62,413 bases of DNA, filler included, from Corallochytrium limacisporum Hawaii (GCA_002811645.1; 4 parts of 4 records of this genome joined end to end with filler, not necessarily neighbours in it); one strand, 5' to 3'; positions 1 through 12,892 are shown, counted from the first letter of the whole stretch. Notes: a model not told the origin generated them from the sequence alone. Made by a program: numbers and translations.

Positions 1-3000
1 GGTCACAAATGCACAGCGCCCCGTTGCAACCCGATTGCAACGAATCACGACCGCGGGAAGCTTTGCTAAGAGCGAAGGGGGGGGGGGGGCAAAGCTCTGG
101 GGGTTTAAGACTCCGCAGCAGGAAAGGGAGGCGACGAGTAGTAGTGGTTGTGAAGGAGGGGGAGCGGGAGGGCAGGGAGGGGGTGTTGTTGTCGGGGTCG
201 AAGTGCCCGCTCATTGTGTGACACGTAGTGGTGGAAGAAACCGGTCAGGGCGCAACTGACTCGGGCTTTGCAGGGCAACCGCTTAACAAAATGGGAAGGC
301 AAAAGAGACCGACGGCGCCACTTTAGGGTCTACATCGATGCCGCGCAAAGGTAATGCATACTGCATAAGTCAACCAGGACGCCAGTTCGTGCCAATGTTC
401 TGCAATGGAAACAGTTTTCTGCACGGGGTTGAGAGTGGGCTACGGGTATCATCAAGATCAAACCAAAAAAATCTTTCTACCACACTTCTTGATACTACAT
501 AGTATATATTATTGTCCAACATCTGACCGATAAGTTGAAGTTTCTGATAGTAAATGGCCCGGAGTCATACAGAAGTAGACCCGCAGCGCAAGGATGGCCA
601 TAGTGCCCCGGTGGATGCGCTTTGCTGGTCTGGGTCGACCGACGCGAATGTAAAGGCCCCCCCCACAGAAGGGGCCCGCTTCCCTTTTCTTTCCCTTTTT
701 CGACCCCCCCAGCAGGAGAACGAAAAAAGCTGGAGTCCCACAGTGCCTCCGCTTCGATTCGAGCATCACCTCCCCTCGCCCAGTGTGGCGCCCAACTGAC
801 TAAACCGTGGGCACCCGTACCCTGGGCATTTGCGTTATCCTCGCCTCCTTCTCGCGGTACTGAGTATAAGGCCCGATGGTTGCGCGGTAGTGACTGGGTC
901 TGTTTCTCTTCCTCAGCCGCCCTCCCCCGGGGAAAGGAAGAGTCGGTCCCTCTGGCGTTGGGGCAAGCGCGCACAATAGCACCTCATCGGTTCCGCAGAA
1001 AATACCACGGGCCGTCAACAAAATGGCTGCCCACCCGCCTCCCCCCTGAAAGAGGAAAGCGGAGGTGGGCGAAGGTGCGGCATTCACAGTCTCTGAAGTG
1101 TCCATGGTGTCGGTGAGAGGTACATTGAACATAGGAGCGGCCGCCGCCGCAGAGCCGGGTGCTGCACGAATGGAGGTGCGCAGCCGAAGCAACACCATTT
1201 TGGGTCTGCCGTTGGTCCGGTGTGTTCGAGGGTTGCTCTCGGTGGGAACGACTATGGGTTTGCAGCCAGCAACATGCACACTGAGTGGTGCGGTTGGTTG
1301 TGGTGTATCTATGACTTCCATCCATCAGCTATACTGCTTCCTATAGATGTGCTTGTAAGCTTCTCCACAGTGATTCAGAAATGCCGCACTGGACAAGACC
1401 AAATAAGAAGAAAAAATCCTTCTTGCGAGGGTTCGTTTTCCAAGAAATGAACCCGTCTGGACCACCAGGAACGGTGGTACCTATACTGTCTGCAACTGAA
1501 TTCTTTATCTATCGCTTGGATTTTTTTGGGTACACACCTAAATACCCAGTCTTGTATTCCTTTGATGCCCTGCCCAGCGTGTAAAATTGGGTACATGCTG
1601 GGAGGGTTGTACTGCTGATTTCAGAAACGTTGGGAGGCCAAAGCCGATAACAAGAAAAGGGTGTTGGCTGACGAGGACGAAGGGCCTGGAGCATCCTATG
1701 GCGCTAGATGACCTTACACTCGTGACCTACACTCTTGACCAATCTTGGTCTGTTTCTGTTTGTTTTCAAGGGGAGAGTACGGTACGTGCCTTGGTGACGG
1801 ACGGCCAGAACACACCCATCCCAGGGTGGCGGTATACGTTTGTGTTTCAAAACATGTGGTGGATACGATTGTGGATATGTGTGTTGTGGAGGGAGATGGG
1901 GTAGAGAGGAGAGAGCTCTCAGTTACTGTGTGTGAGTTGTGAACACATTGGAAGGAAATGAAATCGCTGCGGACGCATACGCAGAGGTAAGAAACCCAGG
2001 TATCCAGCCAATAGGCGGTCTTTAGATACACTTCGTACAATGTCTTTTTGGGCCGTGGAATGAGATATGTCTCCGCGAGTTTGAGAAAGCAGTGGTCAAA
2101 GAGGATACAACCTCCCGAGTCATATTGAAAATCAAGATTGACATATATCCTAGTCCCGACCATGAAATCCTCGTTGCCGGGAGGGTAAGCACTCTATGTG
2201 AGCTACGATGCCCCCTCTGGCACAGTGCACTACAACCGTAGTCTGTGTCGCAAGCTAGTGGACCGTGATTTTTCTATGCATGCCGGGACTATTGATCAAT
2301 GATGCATTTGGCTTCAATATTATTGATGTTTGGGAGAGCCTGGGGACGTTCCTGGAAAGTGGAGAAATTTATCATTGCTGTTCACCGGCTATCAGATTGA
2401 ACGCTTCCAGTCAATACCATGGTCTGCCATGCTAAACGGACCGTGAGAGACTCGTTCACTTGCAGTGTGATTTGATGGCTGAACCTATTTTGGTAAATTA
2501 GCATGCGGCAAAGCCGGCTACAATGCAAAGGATATGTCCCATTGTTTTCATCCGGTTCACTGGGACGTCAGTTTCCATTCTACTAGTTCACCATTACACA
2601 GGCCCTATCCAATCCATACCCCCACATGAGTCAGAGCGGTGGCCAGTCGAACAAGAGCGACCTCTCCACTTGCTGAACCGCTAACTTATGCATTGATGTA
2701 AAAGCCAGAGTGAGCATGGCCATTTAGAGGCACTGTGGACATGTTCTTACCCTGAATTATCATTACACAGGTCCCGGCCCCAAGAGTACCCGGGTGTTGG
2801 TTCCACTGGGCGATACGGAAGATGTCCACTGCAGGAATTCCTATTGAGAGCTGCCCACCGATGACAAATGCGCGGTTGTGCTTCTCTGTAAGTCTTCGAT
2901 CCCTAGTTTGCAGCCACCACCAATTCCTACCGCGGAGTCCCATGGAGATTAACCCATAGTGAGTACTTGAAGAAGAAGCCCCCAGCCTCAACCCACTCAC

Positions 3001-5914
3001 AGAACTGACTGCGGGTGTGCTTGCGGTGCTTGGGTCCACAAAACCCTCCTGACCATGAAGTAGCGTCAGTATCATTGGCACAACCTGCCTACTTAAGACT
3101 AGTGCTTCTGCAACATTCAGGCTGTGTGTGCAGAGAAACCGCCTGCAGACGACTCCGATCACAGTGAGAGGGCACACGTACAGAGGAGTTATACAGAACT
3201 TGCAGTGACCTATAGGGCTGTACTCCGCACCGTCTTCAATTTTTTGCTTACCAGCTTTGGCCGGAAATGACAGCAATGCTGTGTGTCCCTGCCGCCCGCC
3301 CGTCTGGGTTGTGTTGAAAGAAGGCAAGGATATGCACCGCTTTGCATCGAAGCAGGCGCACACCCACGCTGAAATAGGCTCCTGGCGGAAGACTATAGTA
3401 ATTGAAGGCACCTTAATCTGCAATTTTTTTCTCTGCCCGACCTGCCGCGCCCCGCTCGTCTGCACATCAGGACCACCTAATTGAACAAGGGCAAGATTAA
3501 ATTTCAGAGAAAACAGGCGGGGACCCAGCCAATGAACTGAAAACATTCCACTCCCTTCTTCTCTTAAAGACAATGTATAAGACATCCTAAGATGTAGGAG
3601 ACTGGGACCTATCCAATTGCCCGACTGTTACTGCATTCCATCTGCAGGGCCCCCCCCCTCGTGTGGGCTCGTAAACACTGGAGTGCCACTACGGCATGGG
3701 ATGAGGCACAGTGGGCGTAGTGGCATCAAAGGCATCTCCCCCCTGTTTGAGCGCCTCGTACCATGATCATAGCAAAGAGCAATTTCTGTTCCCAATTCGG
3801 GACTGTGGTATACCAGTTGAGGATTGGAGTGCCACCTGTATGACGTGGTGTGCAGATCCTGCGTTCGTGTGAAACCCCACTCCGGGGAGTCACAACCTGA
3901 GCATCATTCAACACCCGCGGATTCCATAAAGATATGCTGCAGGGACGAGCGCTTTCTACATGTTGACGAGTGATACGATAATCAGACAACAACACCAGCA
4001 GTTTGCGCGGCGACCCATACGTGGTTGCATAGACTGGTACGCATTGCCGAGTGCCCAACACTCCCTCGCGCATCGTGTCGGGGATTATGCGCTTCGGAGA
4101 CGTCAAGGCGAACAAGATCGCTACACACGCTGGGTACTACGAGAAGCGACTCCGGAGTGCACACAGGAGATATTCTGTAAACAAAGACGTGGTGTAAGCA
4201 GTCATGGTGAGGGTTCTGCGAAATTCCAAATAGTTCATCTCGCCCGGACGCATCATTCGGGCATCGTCTCCCATCATACTTGCATTTGTGTATAGGGAGT
4301 TGATTACCAAGGATGGAGGATCTTTAGCATGTTGCCGTATTAGCAGCATCGACTCCCCAACTGAATGCTCTTTGTTTGTCATAGCCGTAGGCACTCGAAA
4401 TTACCTGCGCGCACATAGTTGAGTCTCACTGATGGTCTGCTGTCGTACCTGATCAAATGCTAGCGCAAACTGTGGCAATTGACTCCCACGACTGGCGTGT
4501 GGAGGGTGTTGAGGCCATGAAACTATCGAATGTTTCAAGTTCCTGGGCTGGGCGAAAGAGTGAAACCTTTACAATGCAGACAGTTCACTGGTGCACATCT
4601 CTTTCAAACGCCTTCGGGTTGGATAAGAAGCTTCGTGGTCCCAATTGAAGTGTCGCCGCCCACCAAGCCCTGTTGGACGGGAAAAGAGTTGAAGCCAATT
4701 GTCATCTTCACAGACAGCTGAGTCCTGGTTCAGGAGGACCACTGGGCGCTCTCCCGGAGGTCGAGGCTACTCCCTCCGCACACTTGGTGCATCGCAGACG
4801 GCGTGTGTGGATGTCCAAAGAGCCGCAAATTTTTGCGATGTGGTCAAACGACAGCCAAACCGTTCAACTCATGACTTTCTTTGGCCATCCGTTTCTGATT
4901 TGGAACACCCATTGATGAATTTAGCGTGAAGAAAATTTTCTTGCGGGGAAATCGATACATTCACTATGGAAATGCCGATCTCGGGTGAATTTGTGGACGT
5001 GGATGCCAAGGCAGCGGAAAGAAAAAAAACCTCTTCTCCATGAACCCCTGGCCCCGTCTCTATCACTATGGATAGCCGTCGCCGCCAACCCCGAACTGTG
5101 TGCGGTTAAATTTGTAAGGGAAACGGTTCCCCCCTCCCCCCCCCCCGGGGGGGTGGGGGAAGGCGGGCGGAATGCCATAGCTACGCCACGGGCTCGCAAC
5201 ACGGACTGCTATCAAGCAGAGTGTGACACAAGACGGGGAACCAATCTATGCAATGGGGACGCAAGGCAAGAAGTGAAAAGTTGTAGAAAACCAATAGGAC
5301 GACTTTTGCTGCAGAATGTCCCCTCACTTAATCTGCTTTCTACCATCTCTGGAATGTCTGTAATGATTCATTTGCGGGCTTTGAACAGATAATAGATGTA
5401 ACTTGCATGGCTTCGTGGATGGATCGTGGGCGCTTCCCATGCATGGAGAATAAGGCGAATGAATGGAAGATGATTCCAGCGTTTTGATGTCATCAGACAC
5501 CTCCCCTCGCGATCCAAATGAAGTTGTTCTCTCCACCCAAGATGGAAAGCTTCTGTGCATGACCTGATAGCCAGAGAACGGCTTATACACACTGTCAAGC
5601 CTTGCTGTTGTAGTTGACGGTCCGGCGAACAGGCGGCACCCGAGAAAACCGGCATGAGAGCCAATTACGTGCGCAGGCCCATTTAGTACTGCCCCTCCCC
5701 TGCTCCCCCCGCCGCACTGCTCCCGATGTACGTCCTATGCGACAAGGGAAGGGAAAGGGAAGAGATAATAGTACTGGGTCGCAAAAAGGGAGAGCGGGCC
5801 TTGGCGGGAAAAGATAGGATCAAGAGAAGAACCCCCGGGGGGGAGAGAAAGCAAAGAGGCCCGTAAAACACGGAGCAGCAGGGGGAAGGGGACCGGGGAG
5901 GGGGAAAGGGGGGG

Positions 5915-6175
5915 NNNNNNNNNNNNNNNNNNNNNNNNNNNNNNNNNNNNNNNNNNNNNNNNNNNNNNNNNNNNNNNNNNNNNNNNNNNNNNNNNNNNNN
6001 NNNNNNNNNNNNNNNNNNNNNNNNNNNNNNNNNNNNNNNNNNNNNNNNNNNNNNNNNNNNNNNNNNNNNNNNNNNNNNNNNNNNNNNNNNNNNNNNNNNN
6101 NNNNNNNNNNNNNNNNNNNNNNNNNNNNNNNNNNNNNNNNNNNNNNNNNNNNNNNNNNNNNNNNNNNNNNNNNNN
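5915..6175. other. Scaffold gap, G-rich on the left and C-rich on the right
   Basis: N run. Confidence 0.95.
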
Positions 6176-6860
6176 TCCCCCCCCTTCCCTTTCTCTTACA
6201 AGGGAGCTTCGGTTTCTTTCTCTCTCTTGTACGTAATGAAAGGAAACCCACCCACTGCCGCACGCTGTTTTGCTCCACCCTTCTCCTGCCAAACTGAGCC
6301 GGGTCTTCGGTGTGGCCTATGAGAGCACGCACTTGGGCCTAATGGGGGCCAGGGATACCTCCCAAATTCTTAAAGGGTCTCCTTTCTAAGGGAAATCAGT
6401 TGACTTTCCGAGAGAGATGCATATGATGTGGGCGGTGGAGTGGGGTGGCCTTGGTGGGGCTTGTGTGGCTTGCACCAGGACGGTGACGAGGGGAGAGGCT
6501 TGAATGCTTTTGCGCACCGTTGAATGTGCCCAAGGGTGAAAGCAAAAATGCCCTCGAACAAGGCACAGGAATAAAGATGGTTCTGGCAGGTTGACTGGTA
6601 TGGATTTTTGTTGGTCAGGGATGGAAAGACAACGACCAGATAGACAACAATACCGACTCGACATCTGCAACTCTTGTTGCAGGTATTAGGGATCGTATGG
6701 GCAACCAACTATACATATCATTTACCTGGTAGTACTGAAAGAAATTTATCGGCCATCTTCTACACATCTATGGTAGTCATTAAGTGAATGTATAAGAGAA
6801 TGGACAAGTGACTGACCGTACCCATAACTGGCACTGAGCTTCAGATACCAAATCCAAACA

Positions 6861-8645
6861 ATGACCGCGGACAGAGCTGTCACCCCAGTCCCTATTTTCA
6901 GGGTGAGCGACGAAGCTAGTGTAAAAAGACACCCTAAGACAAAGAAAGGTTTTGGTCGACGGATATTTTCAAGACTTCCTGGTGGAAAAACAAAGCGGGA
7001 ATTTGTTGCAACTCCCATTGATGAGAAGCATGAGGGAGGATTCTACAGTCCAAGCGGTTCTGAGGAGTCCCTGACAAACACTAGCGCCAGTACCATGACA
7101 GTAAACACAACATGTAGCAAACCAAGGATCTCAATTAGAGGAAAGCATTTTAACAGAGGCTACAGCTACACCTTAGATGAAGACGAACGGGTTAACCTGA
7201 CTCAGAGCATGCCTAGTGTAATCCTTCGCGAGCAGATTATCGCTGCACGAAGGATGGTAGACCTTGAAGGAGAAGACAGCGTCGTGAATAGTCAGGAGGA
7301 TCTATCAGCCCCGGGAGACCAGCGTCGCTACAGTGATTTAGCCACACCAAGCAGTCCAATCACTGATTCGGACTTGGAACCGTCATGCTTCCTTTCTCAC
7401 TCAAACCAGAGTCTCGTCGTTGACAGCGCAGGTGGCCTCCAGGCCCATATGGATATGTTGGCCCTTGACGAGGTCTCTCTGGACAACACATCGGAATCAG
7501 GTCTTCAGGTTCCGCGTCGACTCACTCGTGCTAGTCGCAGTGTCTGTGCTGATGATAATGATGATGATGTTTCTAAGGAACCTGGCATGAAAGTATGGTG
7601 CGGAGAGAACGATGTCAAAGTCACAGAGCATGTTACTGAAGATGACACCTCATCATGTGTTAATGACTACAACGTTCACGAGACTCTTGGCCGGGGTGCC
7701 TATGGAGTTGTCAAAAGGGTCACCTGTGTAAGCACTGGGGAACAATATGCCATGAAAATCGTGTCCAAGAAGAGATTATTGCGAACTGCATTTGGGCGTA
7801 CCCGAGGACCAATGAAGCGGGGAAATGCAATGAATATTATCCGGAAAGAGATTGCTGTTCTGAAGAAGTTGAAGCACGACAACATTGTGAAGTTGTATGA
7901 AGTTATGGATGATCCTTCCAAAGATCGTCTGTACCTTATCTTTGAGCTTCTCGATGGGGGCAGCCCAATCATTCTCAAGTCTGACGGAACAGCCGAAAGT
8001 CCACTGCCCCTGGCCGTGGCCCAAAAGTACTTTTGTGACCTCGTGCTGGGTATGGAATACTTGCACATGCGTCGCATAATTCATCGGGATCTGAAGCCGG
8101 ACAATCTTCTTATTGACAAGGAGGGAACTCTGAAAATCACAGATTTTGGTGTGAGCGAAGACTACGGGGACGGCAGTGATATTTTCAAGCGCTCCGTAGG
8201 GTCCACGGCCTTCTTTGCACCAGAAATGTGCAATGGAGGCGGTGAATTCAGGGGCAAGTCTGTGGATATTTGGGCCATGGGTGTTACTTTGTATGCGTTT
8301 GTGTACGGCAGATTGCCATTCCACGCCCCAAACGCCATTATGCTCTTCAGGAACATTATCGAAAGCGAGGTGGAGTACAGCGACGATATGCCCCCGGAAT
8401 TGAATGATCTCCTTCGTGGAATGCTTCAAAAGGATCCCGGAAAGCGGTTTACTATGGACGCCATCAAGAATCATCCTTGGGTTACTCAGAAAGGTACCAA
8501 ATTGCTTCCTGTCCAAACAACAATGGCCGGTGAGCTTGTTCTCGTGGCGCTGGCATCTCCTCGAGAAATGCGAGAGTCCATTCGAAGCATTGGTGCCGGA
8601 ACACTGCGTCACGAGCGCAAGCATTCTCCTCTGCGTGATACATAG
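6861..8645 (+). CDS. CaMKK-like (CaMKK/Sak1-type) Ser/Thr protein kinase with long disordered N-terminus
   Basis: 594-aa ORF; GRGAYGVV, YAMKIVSKKRL followed by an RP-type insert, EIAVLKKLKHDNIVKLYEVMDDP, HRDLKPDNLL, DFG, GSTAFFAPE, DIWAMGVTLYAFVYGRLPF. Confidence 0.9.
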   Translation: MTADRAVTPVPIFRVSDEASVKRHPKTKKGFGRRIFSRLPGGKTKREFVATPIDEKHEGGFYSPSGSEESLTNTSASTMTVNTTCSKPRISIRGKHFNRGYSYTLDEDERVNLTQSMPSVILREQIIAARRMVDLEGEDSVVNSQEDLSAPGDQRRYSDLATPSSPITDSDLEPSCFLSHSNQSLVVDSAGGLQAHMDMLALDEVSLDNTSESGLQVPRRLTRASRSVCADDNDDDVSKEPGMKVWCGENDVKVTEHVTEDDTSSCVNDYNVHETLGRGAYGVVKRVTCVSTGEQYAMKIVSKKRLLRTAFGRTRGPMKRGNAMNIIRKEIAVLKKLKHDNIVKLYEVMDDPSKDRLYLIFELLDGGSPIILKSDGTAESPLPLAVAQKYFCDLVLGMEYLHMRRIIHRDLKPDNLLIDKEGTLKITDFGVSEDYGDGSDIFKRSVGSTAFFAPEMCNGGGEFRGKSVDIWAMGVTLYAFVYGRLPFHAPNAIMLFRNIIESEVEYSDDMPPELNDLLRGMLQKDPGKRFTMDAIKNHPWVTQKGTKLLPVQTTMAGELVLVALASPREMRESIRSIGAGTLRHERKHSPLRDT

Positions 8646-8860
8646 GTATCAACCGTGCCAAATTTAACAATATCATGAATCTTTCGTACGATGCACTATT
8701 GTGTATTATGACCATCAAACCTATCGTACAGCATCGTTCTACATTACAAACATTCTTAAGAAAGGAAAGCATCCAGAAGATCAATATGAACACGAAATTG
8801 ATCGCGTCGAGTGTTATATTGATTACAAAGCATATATTGGTACATTTATTAGTCATACAG

Positions 8861-11065
8861 TTACGAAGCACTCGCTTGAAGGAGCCAGGAGACCATTTCC
8901 GCCTCATTGGGGCATTCTTGTTGAGCCTGGACACACAGTGGGAACGGAAATCCCATGTCGGTGAGTCGATGCACCTGAGCTGCTTTCTGACGACGATCCT
9001 GGTCAACACATAAGGCAATTGGACCAGGGACTTGGTTTATCCCACCAATTTGCTCTGCCTTGGAAAGCATGTCGCGTGCCAGGGCTAGAGCCTTGACACC
9101 AGCTTCGGTGCCTGACCGGGGAATTGTATCAGGGTCAGTGGTATGAATGATGGAAGATTGACAAATCGGCCGATTCATGCACTTCTCGTCTCCACAGCCC
9201 ACGGTGATGGAGCTGTGCAGAGATCGGATTGTACCTCCCAGGAGTTCTTGGTAGGATCGCCCTGCCCCGATTGCTGTATGGCATTCGCGGCACAATCCAA
9301 ACGCCACCTTCGCCTGGTTATCACCCAGGACCTCCGTGCAATTGCTGTTGGTACACACTCTGTACGTCTTTGGCACAGTGGGCTTTGGCACCACGTCCAC
9401 ATCCATTGAAACAGGCGTAGTCGTGCCACTACCAGAAGGAGGAGACTGACGTGCAGGGACCTCTAACCCATATGCACGAGCCCATGCTTCCTCACGAATC
9501 CGGTCGAAGTTCTCCTGAGTTGTAGTTGGATTGGCGGATTCCATTTCATGTAGCTTCATGTGCGCTTCCATCTGCTTCATCTGAATCTTCTGGCCACATC
9601 GAGTGCAAGCCATCGTGCGGCTGCCGCAGTACACCTCATGCTCAGTCAAGTGCATCATCCGATCACGATGGTTCTCTACGGGCTGGCCGGCCTCTACGAT
9701 ATCACCGCAGTACCGACATTTTACTGACCGTTTTGAGCATTCAAGCAGGTTATGACTTTGAAGGGCTTCCATGTCAGTTTTGGTGGCACCACATTTGAGG
9801 CATTTCATCTCCGAGTGCCGAATAAGGTGATGTTTCTTCGCCTGGGCATCAGATTCCGAGGCCTGGCCGCAAGTCTCGCAATGCCGATGCTCTCTCAGTT
9901 TTTTTCGTTGGAGAACTTTTCCACACGTGTCACATTTCACGTTGTTCCGCTGACAAAAGATCTCATGGCGCTCATAATTCATATCTGGCACCAATTGTCC
10001 GCAAGACAAGCAAAGCTTGTATCCCTCAGGTGCACTATCTGCAGCCGATGGTCCCTTCAACGTTTGAGTGCCTGGCTGGTCCGACTCAACGTCGTATGCA
10101 CAGGAGACATTAACCATTGGCAGCACATCGCTTTCAAAGCCATGAATTCCAAGCGTATAGCGACCTGGCCCCAGTGATTTGAAATTGAACCGCACAGAAC
10201 TGACTTCGTCTTCAGCTGGAGCAAACTTATGATGCCAACGGTTAGGGATGTCGTCAGAAGCATGTTCCTCATCTAAGTACCCCTCAATATCCGCTCCCTG
10301 AGGGTGAAGAACATTGACAGTAACTGCCACTGGGACTTCTTGTGGTATGATAAGCACCACACTCTCCCCAGTCCGCCCGTCGCCGGTGTCCCTGAGCGCG
10401 ATCTCAAGGTCCTCACTCCCAATTTCAATGGTCTTCTGTTCCCCATTCGACAGCTGCTGTCGTTTCTGTTCAAGTTCTTTCACATATTCATCAGGAGGTA
10501 TAACATCGACTGTCATTGTTGTATCTATAATGCTGCATGAGCGCTCCGGCTCCATTCCCTGTACTAAAATCCTGTAAAATCCCGGGGCATCAATAGTCTC
10601 TGCTTTTGACTGTGCACGGAGATGGATCACATCTCCTCGGGAGAGGCATGCGTAAGACTCACGCAGTGCTCGCTCCAAATACGATCCCTGATCCTTAACC
10701 TCCTTGTAGAATCTCCTATCAAGTACTTTCAGGATGCAGTGATCCGCACTTTCTAGTACTGTGTACGAGACGACCGCAGAGTCACCTGGTTGCAATGCAA
10801 GTGATGTGAAGAGCCAGTCCGGGAGCACGACCCGGCCAGTATCTGACGAGAAATCCAGAACGCCAACATTTGTGCCAAGTCCCTTCCTTTTGTTCTCTAT
10901 CCGCAAAGTCAGAGGCATCGATCCAAACTGATGGCCCGCCTTTTCAAGCTGCTCGAGGCAGTCTTGGGGCAGTGAGATCTTCCCCATCGTATTCATACCT
11001 ATTCTGCCGGCCGCGTTCGCAGATGTGGCCGACAGAGCACGGCTCCATGACTGCAATGAATCCAT
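8861..11065 (-). CDS. UFD1-domain protein with TRAF-type zinc fingers, AZUL-like Cys motif and C-terminal UBA-like domain
   Basis: UFD1 motifs GKISLPQDCLEQL, TNVGVLDFSSDTGRVVLPDWL, LERALRESYACLSRGD; repeated CxxC..H..C fingers; GCGDEKCMNRPIC; LTDMGF...WLL. Start placed at the ATG at 11065; the open frame extends to 11224. Confidence 0.8.
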   Translation of the reverse strand: MDSLQSWSRALSATSANAAGRIGMNTMGKISLPQDCLEQLEKAGHQFGSMPLTLRIENKRKGLGTNVGVLDFSSDTGRVVLPDWLFTSLALQPGDSAVVSYTVLESADHCILKVLDRRFYKEVKDQGSYLERALRESYACLSRGDVIHLRAQSKAETIDAPGFYRILVQGMEPERSCSIIDTTMTVDVIPPDEYVKELEQKRQQLSNGEQKTIEIGSEDLEIALRDTGDGRTGESVVLIIPQEVPVAVTVNVLHPQGADIEGYLDEEHASDDIPNRWHHKFAPAEDEVSSVRFNFKSLGPGRYTLGIHGFESDVLPMVNVSCAYDVESDQPGTQTLKGPSAADSAPEGYKLCLSCGQLVPDMNYERHEIFCQRNNVKCDTCGKVLQRKKLREHRHCETCGQASESDAQAKKHHLIRHSEMKCLKCGATKTDMEALQSHNLLECSKRSVKCRYCGDIVEAGQPVENHRDRMMHLTEHEVYCGSRTMACTRCGQKIQMKQMEAHMKLHEMESANPTTTQENFDRIREEAWARAYGLEVPARQSPPSGSGTTTPVSMDVDVVPKPTVPKTYRVCTNSNCTEVLGDNQAKVAFGLCRECHTAIGAGRSYQELLGGTIRSLHSSITVGCGDEKCMNRPICQSSIIHTTDPDTIPRSGTEAGVKALALARDMLSKAEQIGGINQVPGPIALCVDQDRRQKAAQVHRLTDMGFPFPLCVQAQQECPNEAEMVSWLLQASAS

Positions 11066-11527
11066 GTTTATAATATTTGTACATGTCATATCCGTTCTTA
11101 CAAGGGAGGTCATGATCAAGCGGAGCTGAAATACCATGGGAACGCGACATCTGGAACAATCGGGGCAATGGCCTGAGAACCCCCCCCCCCAATGCCGTGG
11201 AGAGTTGAACCCAACGTACACCACCGGTGACCCACCAGCGAGCCAGAAAGGGTTAATGCAAGCTTCTTGGTAGAGAAACGGTGAACTGTTCCCGAAGGGT
11301 GCGGGGTATCGAACAAGCTACCAAAGTACATTCGCGAGGGGCCAGTACCAGTAGTCTTTGTGCTCACAAAGAGGGAGGCCGGGCAAGAAGGTGAGGGCAA
11401 GGGAGAAAATTTGGCACCGGGGACATGCTTTAGCTATAAATAATACAAATATGTATAATATATAGACTCCCATCAAACATACTCCTGCAATGATGTGTGA
11501 GAGGAAGTGTCGAACGGGAAACCGAAA

Positions 11528-11627
11528 NNNNNNNNNNNNNNNNNNNNNNNNNNNNNNNNNNNNNNNNNNNNTTAATTAATTAANNNNNNNNNNNNNNNNN
11601 NNNNNNNNNNNNNNNNNNNNNNNNNNN
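11528..11627. other. 100-nt assembly gap with artificial TTAATTAATTAA six-frame-stop linker
   Basis: N44-TTAATTAATTAA-N44. Confidence 0.95.
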
Positions 11628-11995
11628 AGAACACCCCCCCCCCCCCCCCCCCCAACTTTTACCCCACCCACCGACAAAATGTCTTTTTCGTGATATCATT
11701 GGATGAACAGTGATATTTTCTCGCCTTTCTATTTTTTTTTTTAGGGTTTAGCTTTCGATTGGATACTTTAAAAAGAAAGAAATAACTCTCCTGTGTGTGT
11801 GATGGTGCCGCGTATTCAAGTCAGAGATGCTGCTGCTGCTAAGGGGGAACTGGTGTGGACGGAAACCGTCTCCCCAGTACCACCGCCACCGGGCAGCCCG
11901 TGAGAGGGAAGCGGGAAGGGAGAGCGATAAGAAGAACAACAGTGGGGAGACCCAACGGGCAAGAAGGGGGTGGGGTTCGGCTGAAGGGGGAAGGG

Positions 11996-12015
11996 GTGTG
12001 TGTGTGTGTGTGTGT
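11996..12015. repeat. (GT)n microsatellite
   Basis: About 10 GT units. Confidence 0.9.
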
Positions 12016-12892
12016 TTAAGGTGCGGGTTCTCACCAGAGAGTATCAGAGAGATGGGATCCATTCTCGAAGGCAGGGCAACCAAGATGCAATTTAGATTTA
12101 CGCGCAAGGGAACAAGGAAAACTTTCATTTTCACAACACGCACACAACAGCCCACAACACCGCAACATATACGGCGGTGTGAACGGGCGATCGCTGGCAG
12201 GGAAGCTACGGGGTAGAGAGTGGGATATTTGGGCCACCCAGAATCTGTTGGCTCGCTGCTTGCTGTGGACAGCGAGGCACCACCACAATGACAACACCAA
12301 AATGTTTCTTGCCGCTCCTGCTTTTTTCGGATTGGGAGTTCTTAATATTAGTGATAGTTTTCCCATTAAAAAGAGAATTCTAGGGGCGAAAATTTTTTTA
12401 CCGTTCCAGCCAATGGGGCGGTTGCGTGCGCAAAATTATATCCGGAGAAGTATAAGCAATGTAATTCTATAATTTGCAAGCTGATATGAATAACATACGG
12501 GTAGGCAGTTGTGGCGCAGTCGCGGTACATAATGTACCGTACTCAATACGGCCATCGAAACGAGCTCTCAGGTCTCCCGTACTTTGACTATAGTCTGGAT
12601 GGGGCGGTACATTCAGTATCGGAGCCGGTCACCAGAGGCCGCGCAGGAGAGGGGTTCAGGGCTGCGAAACTGTGCCGCAGCAGGTCCACATGATGTGGCG
12701 GCCAAAAGCGTAAACATCGCCGGTAGAAGCTTCATTTGCGTCAAGATCATGTTGTGACGTATTTGAACTTAGCCTTAACATTTAGTGCGTATTTGAGTGC
12801 ATGTATTCATGAGTTAACTTTTCAACTGATCTTCGACGCCGGAGAACAATCACAGGGTTCAGAAGCCTCCGGAAATACACAAACACCACACA

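Noticed and set aside
1-1350. Overlapping 60-170-aa ORFs
   Set aside because: Explained by GC-rich, stop-poor island sequence; no recognisable product
6718-6735. TTACCTGG resembling the U1 snRNA 5' end
   Set aside because: No U1 stem-loops or Sm site follow
7776-8624. 282-aa minus-strand ORF
   Set aside because: Antisense to the CaMKK kinase domain
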